This document shows, in pieces, positions 35,201-47,772 of a DNA stretch of 64,000 nucleotides. Numbering within the stretch: the first letter of the stretch is position 1; every line of letters starts with the position of its first letter. The position numbers and the translations under genes are program-made. Under the pieces are notes generated by a model. The model made no database searches, was not told the DNA's origin, and saw nothing but the letters and a program-made list of their open reading frames with translations. The stretch is from Dendrobates tinctorius (Eukaryota), in assembly GCF_039654945.1 (NCBI RefSeq), contig NW_027361891.1, positions 8,060,001 to 8,124,000 of the forward strand, written 5' to 3'.

Positions 35201-38012
35201 TGTCCAATCTTTGCTTCATCCTGGACAGCAAAGACCATAGCCACGTGGGCAGACGACCTTCGGCAGGGCATCTTAGATAAGGCGCAATCGGAGCATTTGG
35301 CCAATCTCGCCAATCAGATCTCCCATGCTGGGGACTATCTTCTCTCCGCTTCCTTGGATGCTGCATCCTGTGCAGTTCAGGCGTCAAGCAACGTTATTGC
35401 AATTCGACGTACAATTTGGCTAAAGGCATGGCAAGCGGACTTGTCTTCTAAAAAGTCCCTCACTAACCTGCCTTTTCAGGGGGTGCGCCTCTTTGGGTCC
35501 CAATTGGACCAGATTATTAAGGACGCCACCGGAGGCACGAGTTCACTCCTCCCTCAGTCCAAGCCTCGCAGACCCCCACTAAGGCGTCAGTTTCGACCCT
35601 TTCGGACTTTCCGCCGTTTCAATACGGCGGACAACTCCTCCAGCCAACAGAGACCGAAGGCTCGCCAGGAGAGAAGGAAAGTTTCCTTCAGACCCACTCC
35701 TTCCTGGCGACCCCACTCCTCCCAGAGCAAACCATCCAGATCTAGATCTGGACGGTCTACGTCAGCATGACTATCATCGGGCACGCGAGGGGCCTTTCCA
35801 ATTGGGAGGTCGACTTCTTTCCTTCAGGGACGTTTGGCTGGCCGCCGTGGAGGACGCCTGGGTCAGGGAGGTTGTATCCTCAGGATACAAGATAGAGTTC
35901 GTCTCTCTCCCACGGGATCGTTTCTTCGAATCCCGGCCTCCAAAGGATCCAGCCTTGATCCCGGGGTTCTCTACAGCTATCGCCGCTCTCCTCAGTTCCG
36001 GGGTGATTGTGCCCGTTCCCGAATCGGAGCGCTTCACGGGGTTCTACTCGAACCTGTTTGTAGTGCCGAAAAAAGACGGCGCAGTTCGACCCATCTTGGA
36101 TCTCAAGCTGCTCAACAAGAGGGTCCGCCTTCGCCACTTCCGCATGGAGTCGCTTCGCTCGGTCATCGCCTCCATGGAGGAGCAGGAATTCATGTGCTCA
36201 ATAGACATCCAAGATGCCTATTTACATGTTCCAATTTTCTCCGGACATCAGAAGTTCCTGCGCTTTGCGATTCGACAGCACCACTACCAGTTTGTCGCAC
36301 TGCCCTTCGGTCTTGCCACCGCTCCCAGAGTCTTCACGAAGATCATGGCTGCGTTGATGGCTTTGTTGAGAGTCAGAGGCCTCGTTCTTTTCCCGTACCT
36401 AGACGATATTCTGATCAAGGCTCCCTCATTCCAACAGGCTCACCAAAGTTTGTCAATCGTCCTGGACACTCTTTCCAATTTCGGGTGGATCGTCAACAGG
36501 AAAAAGTCCTGTCTGGTTCCTACCCAACGCCTGGTCTTTCTAGGTCTTCTGTTCGACACTCGTCGGTCAAGGGTCTTTGTCCCACAAGAAAAGATTCTCT
36601 CTCTGCAGCTGGAAGTACGATCGCTGCAGACCTCGCGATTCCCATCCCTCCGTACAGCCATGAGGGTTCTGGGAAAGATGGTCGCGGCGATAGAGGCAGT
36701 TCCCTTTGCCCAATTTCACGCCAGGCCTCTCCAGCAGGCCATTCTGTCGAAGTGGAACAGGTCGCCTCGGTCCCTGGATCGCCCTGTCCATCTTTCTTAC
36801 CGGATCAAGCGGTCTCTCAACTGGTAGTTGTCGTAACCTCTCATTCTGTCGGGTCGATCCTTCCTTCCCATTCACTGGCAGATAGTAACCACAGATGCCA
36901 GTCTCCTCGGTTGGGGTGCTGTGTTCCGCAACCACACTGTTCAGGGTCGATGGTCGGATCGGGAATCAGCGCTACCGATCAACGTTCTGGAGATTCGAGC
37001 GATCCATCTTGCTCTGGTCCACTGGGAAAGGCTCCTCAAGGGACTGCCGGTACGGATTCAGACAGACAACGCCACAGTGGTGGCATATGTCAACCGCCAA
37101 GGGGGAACACGGAGTGTTTCAGCCCTGGCGGAGGTGTCCAAGATTCTTCGTTGGGCGGAGATTTCCGTCCCGACAATTTCCGCGGTTCACATTCCCGGCG
37201 TAGACAACTGGGCCGCCGATTTTCTCAGCCGCGAGGGTCTCGCAGCGGGAGAATGGTCCCTACATCCGGAAGTGTTTCATCTGCTCTGCCTTCGGTGGGG
37301 AACCCCGGATGTAGACCTCATGGCGTCTCGCCTCAACAGGAAAGTCCCACAATTCGTGTCCAGGTCTCGGGACCCTCTGGCAGTGGGCGCCGACGCCCTG
37401 GCCGTTCCTTGGTCCCAGTTCGAACTTCCCTACCTGTTCCCTCCTCTGCCTCTTCTTCCCAAGCTGTTGAAGAAGATCAAGGCAGAAGGACTTCCGGTCA
37501 TTCTCATCGCCCCGAATTGGCCCAGAAGGTCTTGGTTCGCGGACATTGTCAACCTTCTCGCGGACGCCCCCTGGAAGCTTCCAGACAGAACAGATCTGCT
37601 GTCTCAGGGTCCGATTTGCCACCCCAATTCTCGGCCGCTCAATTTAACGGCGTGGCTGTTGAGACCGAGGTTCTGAAACGAGCAGGATTTTCCGACCACG
37701 TAATTCAGACCATGATCCGAGCCAGAAAGCCATCATCTTCCAAGATTTACTACCGTACTTGGAAGGCCTTTTTCACTTGGTGTGAGACCAATGACGTCGC
37801 GCCCATGTCCTTTTCGCTCCTTTCAGTCCTAGCGTTTCTTCAGGCAGGATTGGATGCGGGGCTTGCCCTCAGTTCCCTGAAGGGTCAAGTTTCGGCGCTG
37901 TCCATTCTGTTTCAGAAAACGTTGGCTTCCCGTCCTCAGGTTAAGACCTTTCTTCAGGGCGTGGCTCACACGGTCCCGCCGTACCGGGCGCCCGTGGATC
38001 CATGGGATCTTA

Positions 38013-41000
38013 GGCTACTTTCACACACCAGGTTTTCGGCGTCAGGCGCGATCCGGCGTCGTGCCGGAATGCCGGATCCGGCAAATGTTTTGTAAAACCT
38101 GAAGTGCCGGATCCGGTTTTCTGCCGGATCCGTCTTGTTCTTGACAGACAAAACCGGATCCGTCTCATCCGGTTCATCCGTTTTTCTATCCGTTTTTCGA
38201 CGGATTACGCCGGATCCGGTTTTTAAAATTGACCCTTGTGGCCTTCCGAACGGGATTGGCTACTGGAAAACTAGATATAGCATGTTCCTACAGCCCTCCT
38301 TTGACAGGTTGTAGAGAAGAAAGTGCAGGTTGGAGAGAAGAGCAAGTTACTGGCGAAGATGGATGTTGTCATTGGAAATATTACCACTAGAAGTTCTGTG
38401 ACGGTTTCAGGGACAATTTTCCACTATACTTTATGTCACCTCAAGGCAGAGTACACTGGGATGACAGAGTGTGAGAGATTTTTGCCCTAAACTTGTGTAC
38501 CTTCTGGACCAACAGTATATACCTTTGCCAACCAAAGTTGGCTATCTTGTCATGGTCTTACTATTTTTACCTTTAGGCCACAGGTGTGTACCTGGTTGTG
38601 TTTTATGCAAAGTATTTCACCTTTTAACAAAAGTTGTGTACATTGGTAGGAAATCACCAACAATAAACACAACTTTTTAGGTGTAATACTTTCCTTCAAA
38701 CACAACCAGGAACACAACTGTGGCAAAAAGCTAAAATTTACCCACAGTTATATACCTGGTTTTGAATACCTTTTTACCTTTGAAATACCCTGTATTTAAC
38801 CTATTTTTAAAACATAGTTCGCCGCAGAAAGAAATGACAGACAACCATTGTGAAACGATAATTTAACTTTTATTTAAATTTTTTTTTTTTTGTAAAATGT
38901 TTTTAAAGTGCAAAAAACTTTTTTAATAAAGGTTTTAAACCCAATGGGTATTTTTATTACAAAAAACACACATTACAAATCTGTGTACTGTGGGGTGGAA
39001 ATACTGCTGGAGGGGCTGCGGGACACTTCGACACTGGGTGTGTAGAGAGAGGACTGGGATCGTGGTGGGGAAGGAACAGTTAGAGGTGAAGGTGTGGAAA
39101 AAGCTACAGAATGGGTGGACATGTGGGAGGCAGAAGAGGTGGTGGGCGGTGGAGTGGAGGGTTGGGCAGGGACTGTATGGGGAAGGAGTTTGGTACGGGG
39201 AAGGAGTTTGGTACGGGGCAGGTTGCTGGAAGTGGGGAGATGTCTGGTACTGGGGAGGTTGCTGGTACTGGTGAGGTTGCTGGTATGTAATAGGAGGGGG
39301 AGGATGGAAAGTGGCTGGAGGGGGTGCAGATGTAATAGGAGGGGGAGGATGGAAAGTGGCTGGAGGGGGTGCAGATGTAATAGGAGGGGGAGGATGGAAA
39401 GTGGCTGGAGGGGGTGCAGGTGGAGGAACTACAGTGGTGGGAGGTGGAGGTTGGGAGGTAACCTGCTGTAGAGCACCGTGGCACGAATGCATTACATGCA
39501 TCTGCTGGGTAGGAGATAGTGTTGCCATGCGCTCCACAACAGACCTGAAAAAGGTGTGGTTTGGCGAAGATCTTGCTTCTGAATGCATGGTTTGCAGAAG
39601 TGTCTTCACCTCCAGAATGCTGGAGTTGATCTGCTGAAAGCCTGCGGAGATTTGCTCTGACAAGACTTTGAGACAGTTCTGGAAAGATGCATTCAGATGC
39701 AAGAACTCTTGCGCATAACTCTTTTCCTGACCCCTCTGCCGCTGCCGCCCAGTACCCGCAGGTGTACTAGAGGTGGCAGGGGCAGAAGGGTGGGGTAAAG
39801 GGAAAGCGATCTCCTCACCAGCAGCTTCATGTAATGTAGGCGGCCACGATGCTCCTGTGCTGGTGGATGGGACAGATGGGTCGAATGTGTGGGAAGGCTG
39901 GGAAGGTGCAGATGTACCGGGGCGGTCGAAGTGTCCCTCGGTGCCGGTCTCCTCAGGGATCGCCTCAGAAGGGTCCAATCGTGCAGGCTCCCGAGTGCTG
40001 CTCACCGTGCTGTGTAATAAAGAGAAAAAAAACAATTAAAATACTGACATGGTATGGCCCTGGCTGAAAAAAAAAAATTACATCTAACATTTTTTTCACA
40101 TGTGGTGTGTAATATTTACCTTCTGGTGAGCATTGTTTCCCGGAGGAACGACAGGGCTTGTGCGTACTTGTACTTGCTCCTGCGTCCTCCAGATCCACTC
40201 GGGGCCCGCATCTCTTTATTGAACTCCTTCTTGAAACGATCCCTCACAGACCGCCACCGATTCACAATTCTGTTCCCTGAAACGAGAAAGGAGTGGTTAG
40301 TATACAACATCAGTGTTTCACAAACTCCAGTCCTCATGGTCCCCAGGGGTCATGTTTTCAGGATTTCCATAGTAAATAGAAATCCTGAACACATGATCCG
40401 TGGGGACCACGAGGACTGGAGTTCGGGAAACACTGGTTTACATCAAGCAACCGTTACTGTATATACTTACGCTCTTTAATCTGGGCCCGAGCTTCGAGGT
40501 CCTCCCAGCGGCCCACAAGGAGAGAACAGATTTCCTCCCAGAGTCGTCGGGTAACGATCAGGTCAGCGTGGCGGCGGTCAGCCATATTCCAGAGCGGCTC
40601 CCTTTCTCTGACGAGATCGATGAGGCGGTCCACATCAATCCCTCCATCCTCACCGTCAGAGTCGGGAGCACGCTGTGAAGGCTGTTAAAGAAAAAGACAA
40701 AAATAACATAATTAGCCTCCACAAAAGAAATGAAATAAAAAGTGCAAAAAAAAAAAAGCAAAAATATTTATACTTACACGCTGGTGACCGCCGCGTTGCT
40801 GTCGCCGACGACCCTGGGAGGCACTGCGAGGACCTCTTGGCCGAGCACCAGATTGGGAAGACTAGAGAAGAAAACAAAAAATGTTATGTCTTTGGATGTA
40901 GGCATTTGTTTGCTGTGTGTGGTCTGCAGAACATTGTTTTCTATGTGTTGTGTGTAGTGTGATGTTGTGTTTCTGCGTTTGATGCAAAAAACTTACGAAT

Positions 41001-41906
41001 TGTGAGCCCACTCCAGGTGTCTGTCCACCCCTTCCTTCTTCTTCTGGGAGCTCCTCTTCATCTTGTGATTCCTGTTTTGAAATAAAAGTCAATGAATAGA
41101 CATATATTACAGAGATGATGGATTTTGGAAATAAAAACTTACCGTCAAACGCTGACGATGCGAGGGAGGGCTCCCAGAAGAAGATGTGCTGTCCTGTTGA
41201 TGGCCAGACTCCATGGCTGTGGGTATTGCTGCTGCTGTTGCTGCTGCCAGTGATGCCATTTCTGCTGCTGCTGCTGCATCTCTTTGGCGGCTGTTGAATA
41301 AAGAGAAACAAAGGGCCAATGAATATCTTGATATTCCATGGCCCTAGTTTGGAGGAATGGGGGATTTCATAATTACCGTCTCTCATCTGCTGCTCGACTC
41401 CCCTCCTCAGCATGTTCCATTTGATGCTCCATTTGGGGTGGTGCTGATGGTGCTGCTGCTGCAGATGTCTGCTGCCTTCTCCTGCTCCTGGCTCTTGGCT
41501 TGGGTGGCATGTTGGGTGTGGCTGAGGGTCCCATTGTCTTGCTTTTATATATCTCCTGTGGGCAGAGCTACTGAGCATGCTCAGACCAAAAAACCGGATC
41601 CGGCGCATTGCGGCGCTCATAGGCTTTCATTGTGTGAAAAAGCCGGACGCGCCGGATCCGGCGTGTCCGGCTTTTTCGCCGGAGACAAAAAACGTTACAG
41701 TAGACGTTTTTTCCAGACGCCGGATCGCGACACATTGCCGGATCCGGCGAAAACCGGATGAAACGCATGGCCATCCGGCGCGATCCGGCGCAAATGCAAG
41801 TCAATGGGGGGGAAACCGGATCCGGCATTGCATTTCGCCGGATCCGGTTTCTGTCAAAAGCGCCGGATCGCGCCTGACGGCGAAAACCTGATGTGTGAAA
41901 GAGGCC
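38013..41906 (-). mobile_element. PIF/Harbinger element without a recognisable transposase
   Basis: TTA TSD; removing the element restores YR WDL|NLVL. TIRs ggctactttcacacaccaggttttcg / ggcctctttcacacatcaggttttcg; ccggatccg subterminal repeats. Confidence 0.92.
38935..41432 (-). CDS. Harbinger MADF (Myb/SANT-like) protein, about 7 exons
   Basis: Phase-compatible GT-AG exons: MEHQ..ERR | RQRD..QRLT | ESQD..GSQF | SSQS..HQR | (PSQ)RAPD..IDVDRLIDLVREREPLWN..RRLWEEIC (40672-40471) | NRIVNRWRSVRDRFKKE..YKY..LSFL (40276-40120) | last exon from 40009 with a BESS-like segment and Pro-rich tail. The true stop may be 38973 if the tail is frameshifted. Confidence 0.8.
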
Positions 41907-44515
41907 TTAATCTGGTTCTTGAGGTTCTGCAAGGTCTGCCCTTTGAACCCCTCAGGGATATTTCCCTTTCTCTCCTTTCTTGGAAGGTAGCCTTTCTGGT
42001 GGCCATCACCTCCGTCCGGCGCGTGTCGGAATTGGCAGCTCTTTCGTGCCGCTCTCCCTTTCTGGTTCTCCACCAGGATAAGGTAGTTCTGCGGCCTCCG
42101 CCCTCGTTCCTTCCGAAGGTGGTGTCCTCGTTTCACCTCAACGAGGATATCGTGCTCCCGTCCTTTTGTCCGAATCCAACTCATCCCCGAGAGCGGTCCT
42201 TGAACAAGCTGGACCTGGTTAGGGCGGTAAGAGTATATCTGTCTAGGACGACTTCCTTGCGAAAGACAGAGTCTCTTTTCATTATCCCTGATGGAGCGCG
42301 GAAAGGTCACCCGGCGTCAAAAGCCACCATTGCTCGCTGGATCAGATCGGCTATCCTGGAAGCCTACCGTGTTAAGCGTCGCGGAGCCCCTCCGGGTATC
42401 AGGGCCCACTCTACTCGAGCAGTGGGTGCCTCCTGGGCGGTGCGCCACAGAGCTTCCGCACTGCAGCTTTGCAAAGCTGCAACATGGTCATCGGTTCACA
42501 CGTTTGTGAAATTCTACCGAGTCCACACCTACGCTTCGGCGGACGCCAGCCTAGGTAGACGGATTCTGCAGGCCGCGGTGGTGAGTCCGCTGGCCTGATG
42601 GCAGTTTGTTTCCCACCCCAGGGACTGCTTTGGGACGTCCCAAGGTCTCTGTGTCCCCCAATAAGGCGAACGAGAAAACAGGATTTTTGGGTTGCTTACC
42701 GTAAAATCTGTTTCTCGGAGCCTTCATTGGGGGACACAGCACCCTCCCATGTTTTTACAGCTCCTGTTCTTACTTTGGTTGAATGGTTACAGTTGAGTTG
42801 TTTATGTTGTCAACCTATTCTGTTACTTCTCCTACTGCTTTCTCACTAACTGAGGAATTCTCTGCCGGTCGGTGGGGTGTACACTGCGGAGGAGGAGCTA
42901 ACTTTTTTTGTGCATAGTGTCAGCCTCCTAGTGGCAGCAGCATACACCCAAGGTCTCTGTGTCCCCCAATGAAGGCTCCGAGAAACAGATTTTACGGTAA
43001 GCAACCCAAAAATCCTGTTTTTCAGCGCACGGCAGAGCTTGCAAGGGGAAGGAGCGCCGTTTGACTTGTTCAACGCAGAAATTGGCTGGAATTGAGATCG
43101 GATGCCATGTTGCGTTTGGAGAGCCCCTGATGTTCCTAAACAGTGGAAACCCCCAACAAGTGACCCCATTTTGGAAACTAGACCCCTTAAGGAACTTATC
43201 TAGATGTGTGGTGAGCACTTTGAACCTTCAAGTGCTTCACAGAAGTTTATAACGTAGAGCCGTGAAAATTAAAAATCATTTTTTTTTTTTCCTCAAAAAT
43301 GATTTTTTAGCCCGCTATTTTTTATTTTCCCAAGGGTAACAGGAAAAATTGGACCACAAAAGTTTTTGTGCAATTTGTCCTGAGTAAGCTGATACCCCAT
43401 ATGTCGGGAGGAACCACTGTTTGGGCGCATGGGAGAGCTCGGAAGTGAAGAAGGGAAGAAGTGCAGAGCCCCTGATGTGACTAAACAGTATAAACCCCCA
43501 CAAGTGACCCCATCTTGGAAACTAGACCCCTGAAGGAGCTTATCTAGATGTGTGGTGAGCACTTTGAACCCCCAAGTGCTTCACAGAAGTTTATAACGCA
43601 GAGCCGTGAAAAGTCTTTATTTCCACAAAAGTGATTTTTTTTTTTTTTTTAGACCCCCAAAGTTGGTAAATAGTGGAAACCCCTCAATTCTTGCTCCAAC
43701 TCTAACCCCAACACACCCCTAATCCCAACCCTAATTCCTAATCCTAATTTGCCCTAACCCTAGCTCTAACCCTAGCACTAATGGAAAAAAAAAAAAAAAA
43801 AAATTTCTTTATTTTATTATGTTCGCCTAACTAAGGGGGTGATAAAAGGGGGGGGGGTTATTTACAATTTTTTTTATTTTGATCACTATGATAGTTCATC
43901 ATAGTGATCAATGTGAATGAATGGAATCTGCCAGCTGGAGCCTACAGGCTAGACCCCGGAGAAAATCCAACACTGGGGTCGCTGTTTACTTACTCCACAG
44001 CGCCGTGAATTCACGGCGCTGTGGTTTAAGTACCCTTAATTACCGTCGTTAAAAGGCGTATCGGCGGTCGTTAAGGGGTTAATAAACTAATTAAAAAGAA
44101 TATATATATAAAAAACAAAGTAGTCCATAAATGTATCATTCTAGTGGATATATGCCTATGCGATGGGCACCGTGTACTGGATATATATCACGTATAGGTA
44201 TGTATGTATGTGCCCGTATATTGATTTTGTCTATGATACAGCAAGTTCATAAGCTGACAATAAGCACACTAACCTGATTGCATCTTCTCCTGCTAGAATT
44301 TTGCCACGAGTGTGTATATAACTCTACAAATCATGATGTTAGTTAAATTAATACCTATATGTGATTATGTGATATAACAGGTGCATGGTGCCCATTATGT
44401 AGGGATACATCTGTTAGAGTGAAAAGTTTATGGGCTACTATGTTCTTTTATGTATTGCACTATGCACATTTTTGTGGCATTGAGTCCTACATGAGATTTC
44501 TGTAAATGTGTTTTA

Positions 44516-44993
44516 GGCCTGTTTCACACATCCGTTTGTCACCATCAGTCAAAATCCGCCGTTTTGCAAAACCGGATTCGCCATTTTTCTTGGCGGATCC
44601 GTTTTTTTTTCCCATTGACTTTCATTATCGGCGGATCTTGACGGATGGTCATCCGTTGGATCTGTTTTTTTTACGGATCCGCCAAAATTTTGGCGTCTGC
44701 TGACATGACAAGACGGACAATGCAACTTTTTTTTGGCTGGCCAGATTCGCATTTGTGATTGCGCATGCCCGGAAGCATTGCTTTTGCCGGAAATTTAACC
44801 CTAAATCCCGTTCTGGCGGCTGGTAAAAATCTCTCCCTCTCCCTCTCTCTCTCTCTCTCCCCCCCCCCGTCGCTGCATCCGTCAAAGCAACGGTCCAGTA
44901 GCACACGTCGCTTCCAAAGCAGTTGCGGATCCGTGTCCCGCCATTTTCGCGGATTGCAACTGATGCAAAAAACGTATGTGTGAGAAACAGGCC
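44516..44993. mobile_element. Harbinger-type MITE
   Basis: TTA TSD; TIR ggcctgtttcacacat, related to the ends of the element at 38013-41906. Confidence 0.82.
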
Positions 44994-45008
44994 TTATTTG
45001 TATGCATA

Positions 45009-46334
45009 CTAGTAGAATACCCGCGACTTTTCTCATGGAAAATGTTAAATTGTTGGTTATGGTAGCTAAAGTTAAATTTTCAGTGTCACCCTGAAATTGA
45101 CATTTTAAGAGTACTACAGTAAAAAAAATTTTCAACTTAAAATTTTTATTATTTTGGCATTTTACTAATTTGTCGTAACATTGATGTGAACAACTTTTTT
45201 TTTGTATTTCAACATTTTTATTGATTTTACATATTCAATACATATTATGTAGTATAAACTTACAACTGTCAATCCTTTTGTTCAGATGTTTCCACATTCC
45301 TTGCTTCAGCCTGCCTTATCCGATTCTTGTGAAGACGGCTTTCCCGTTGCTCTGATGTCTCAGCTGCCTTACATTTAACCTGTCTCATCCATTTCTTTTC
45401 AAGCTGCGAGTCACGTTGTTCACTTGTCTCAGCTCTTTGACACAATTTTGCTTTCTTAGCTTTTGGTTGAACTTGTCCAATAAATGGTCGTTTTTTGGGC
45501 GGCATTTTAAAAAACGGTCTCTAGTATTATGACCCTTTAGTAATCACCTGACACTGATAAGAGATGTAATAGGATGAATAGTAAATACAGAGCAGCCCTC
45601 ACACAATATTACTATGACATGAAGGAGCTCACATCTCGATAATGAAAACCACCTCACAGGCAGACTTGTCTAGTTGCCCATAGCAACCAATCAGAGCTCA
45701 GCTTTCACTTTACCTCAGCAGCTTCAGTGATGAAAGCTTCCTGTATAGTAAGCAATAATGACAATCTTACTATGAGGCATTTTTCGCCTCACCAATATTG
45801 CTGCTCAGTAATGTTTGCCCGTGTGCGTAGGTTGCATCCATCTGAGTGTGTTTGCATGCGTGTATGGCCCGTGAGTGTGTGGTGTGTATGTGGTATTTAT
45901 GGGGTAGTGTCTGTGTTGTGTGTGTCTTCTGTGGTCTGGTGTTTGTGTGGTGTGTTGTGGCATTTGTGTATTGTTGTGCTTGTGAGTTGGCGTATGTGTG
46001 CTGTGTGATGTTTGTATGGTGTTTGTGAAATGTTTGTGTGTTGTGGTGCAGCCCCTTTAGCAGCGACTCTTGGCGCCATCGCTATAATCCATCCCTGTCA
46101 GTCACAACTGTTGTTTTCCCCTCAGCACTTTTACTTTTACCTTCACATTTCCCCATTATATGTTTAGGGCCTAACTTTGGGGGCCCCAATCTCGTGATGG
46201 AGGGGGGGGATGCTAGCGAGATGTAATGTGTGCAGTATTCTGCTCCTGTGGGTTGAGAGGGGGCGGGCTAAATTTCACCCAAATTGGGCGAGAACTGTGG
46301 ATTTGTGTAGAGCAGGCTACTACAGATTGAGTTT

Positions 46335-46388
<54 letters not shown>
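45009..46388 (-). mobile_element. Non-autonomous Helitron H2 retaining a RepHel N-terminal fragment
   Basis: Minus-strand TC(TA)n start and CTAG|T end. ORF 45505-45269 has ETSEQRxxRL repeats typical of RepHel N-termini. The 3' hairpin is degenerate. Confidence 0.7.
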
Positions 46389-46389
<1 letters not shown>

Positions 46390-46479
46390 TAGCTGAAGAG
46401 CCCGGCCCGGGCATAGTAACTAACTACGGTTAGTTATAACAAATTATAATGATTATACCTATGTATGTATATCTATCCT

Positions 46480-46877
46480 ACATCGTCCCATCAGCCAGAG
46501 CCACCGGACTACTACTCCTAATATCCCTCATCATCCCGTCAGCCAGAGCCACCGGACTACTACTCCTAATATCCCTCATCATCCCGTCAGCCAGAGCCAC
46601 CGGACTACTACCCCTAATATCTCACATCATCCCGTCAGCCAGAGCCACCGGACTACTACCACTAATATCCCACATCATCCCGTCAGCCAGAGCCACCGGA
46701 CTACTACCTCTAATATCACACATCGTCCCGTCAGCCACAGCCACCGGACTACTACCACTAATATCCCACATCATCCCGACAGCCAGAGCCACCGGACTAC
46801 TACCACTAATATCCCACATCATCCCATCAGCCAGAGCCACCGGACTACTATCTAATATCCCACATCATCCCGTCAGC
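46480..46877. repeat. 48-bp minisatellite, about 8 copies
   Basis: Tandem units of atcccgtcagccagagccaccggactactaccactaatatcccacatc. Confidence 0.93.
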
Positions 46878-47772
46878 CTGGGGTCAGAACCAGAGCGCTA
46901 AGTGGAACGGTCCTAACTTCCATACCGAGGATCCCTTTAAGTGAGGCCTGGTGTCAGAACCAGAGCGCTGAGTGGATTTGCCCTGACCTGACTTGCATAC
47001 CAATGATCCCTTTAACCCCTTCACGACCTATGACGCCTTCGTAGGCGTCATGAAAAGCAGTGCCCAAACGACCTATGACGCCTACGTAGGCGTCATGCTA
47101 TAAATAGCCCCCCTGCGGGTCGGGTGACCGGGGTCACTGAAAGGTCACCCGACCCGCACACAAAGGACCCTTCAGAGTTAACACCTGGGGGTGTGGCTTA
47201 GCCCCCACGTGCCTACGATCGCTCTGATTGGCTGTTAAAAGTGAAACTGCCAATCAGAGCGATTGTAATATTTCACCAATGAAAATTGGTGAAATATTAC
47301 AATCCAGCCATGGCCGATGCTGAAATAGCATCGGACATGGCTGGACACCGAGACCCGACCCCCCCCACACCGACTGACGGCACCGATCGGCTGCCGCCAC
47401 CGTCTGACGGCACCGATCGGCAGCCGCCGTCATGATCTGCCCCTCCGCCTTCCCTCCGCCCCCCCAGCCCTCCGATCGCCCCTCCGATCACCCCTCCGAT
47501 CACCCACTCTCACCCTCCTTTGTGCCTCCGACCTCCCGCTATCCGTCCCGGTGTCCTGCCGTCCAGCGTCATGGGCGCCGCCATCTTGCAAGATGGCGGG
47601 CGCATGCGCAGTGCGCCGAATCGAATCTGCAACGCTGCAGATTCATTCATTTATTTTGATCACTATGATATACTTTCATAGTGATCAAAATAAATAAAAA
47701 GTAAATCACCGCCCCCCTTATCACCCCCATAGGTAGGGACAAATAATAAAATATATATTTTTTTTTTTTCCA

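Larger units (their letters stand above)
33098..43021 (+). mobile_element. DIRS1-type retrotransposon D, near-intact, interrupted by a Harbinger
   Basis: ITRs ~33116-33235 and ~42848-42970; ICR ~42643-42739. gag 34288-35770 has one frameshift; RT/RH/MT 35802-37676 has one premature TAG at 36825; YR is split 38012|41910-42598. Confidence 0.95.
32356..44078. mobile_element. TTAA-flanked piggyBac-like non-autonomous element P1, split by DIRS D
   Basis: ttaa|cccctta...taagggg|ttaa. The interior is related to 47016-51736 in inverse orientation and resumes at ~43022 after DIRS D. Confidence 0.8.

Noticed and set aside
42925-42940. cctagtggcagc resembling part of a dicistrovirus IGR IRES
   Set aside because: It is a short match inside an ITR without the rest of the IRES structure and is most likely chance.
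46449-46901. 150-aa hydrophobic repeat ORF
   Set aside because: It is the translation of a 48-bp minisatellite inside a Helitron.
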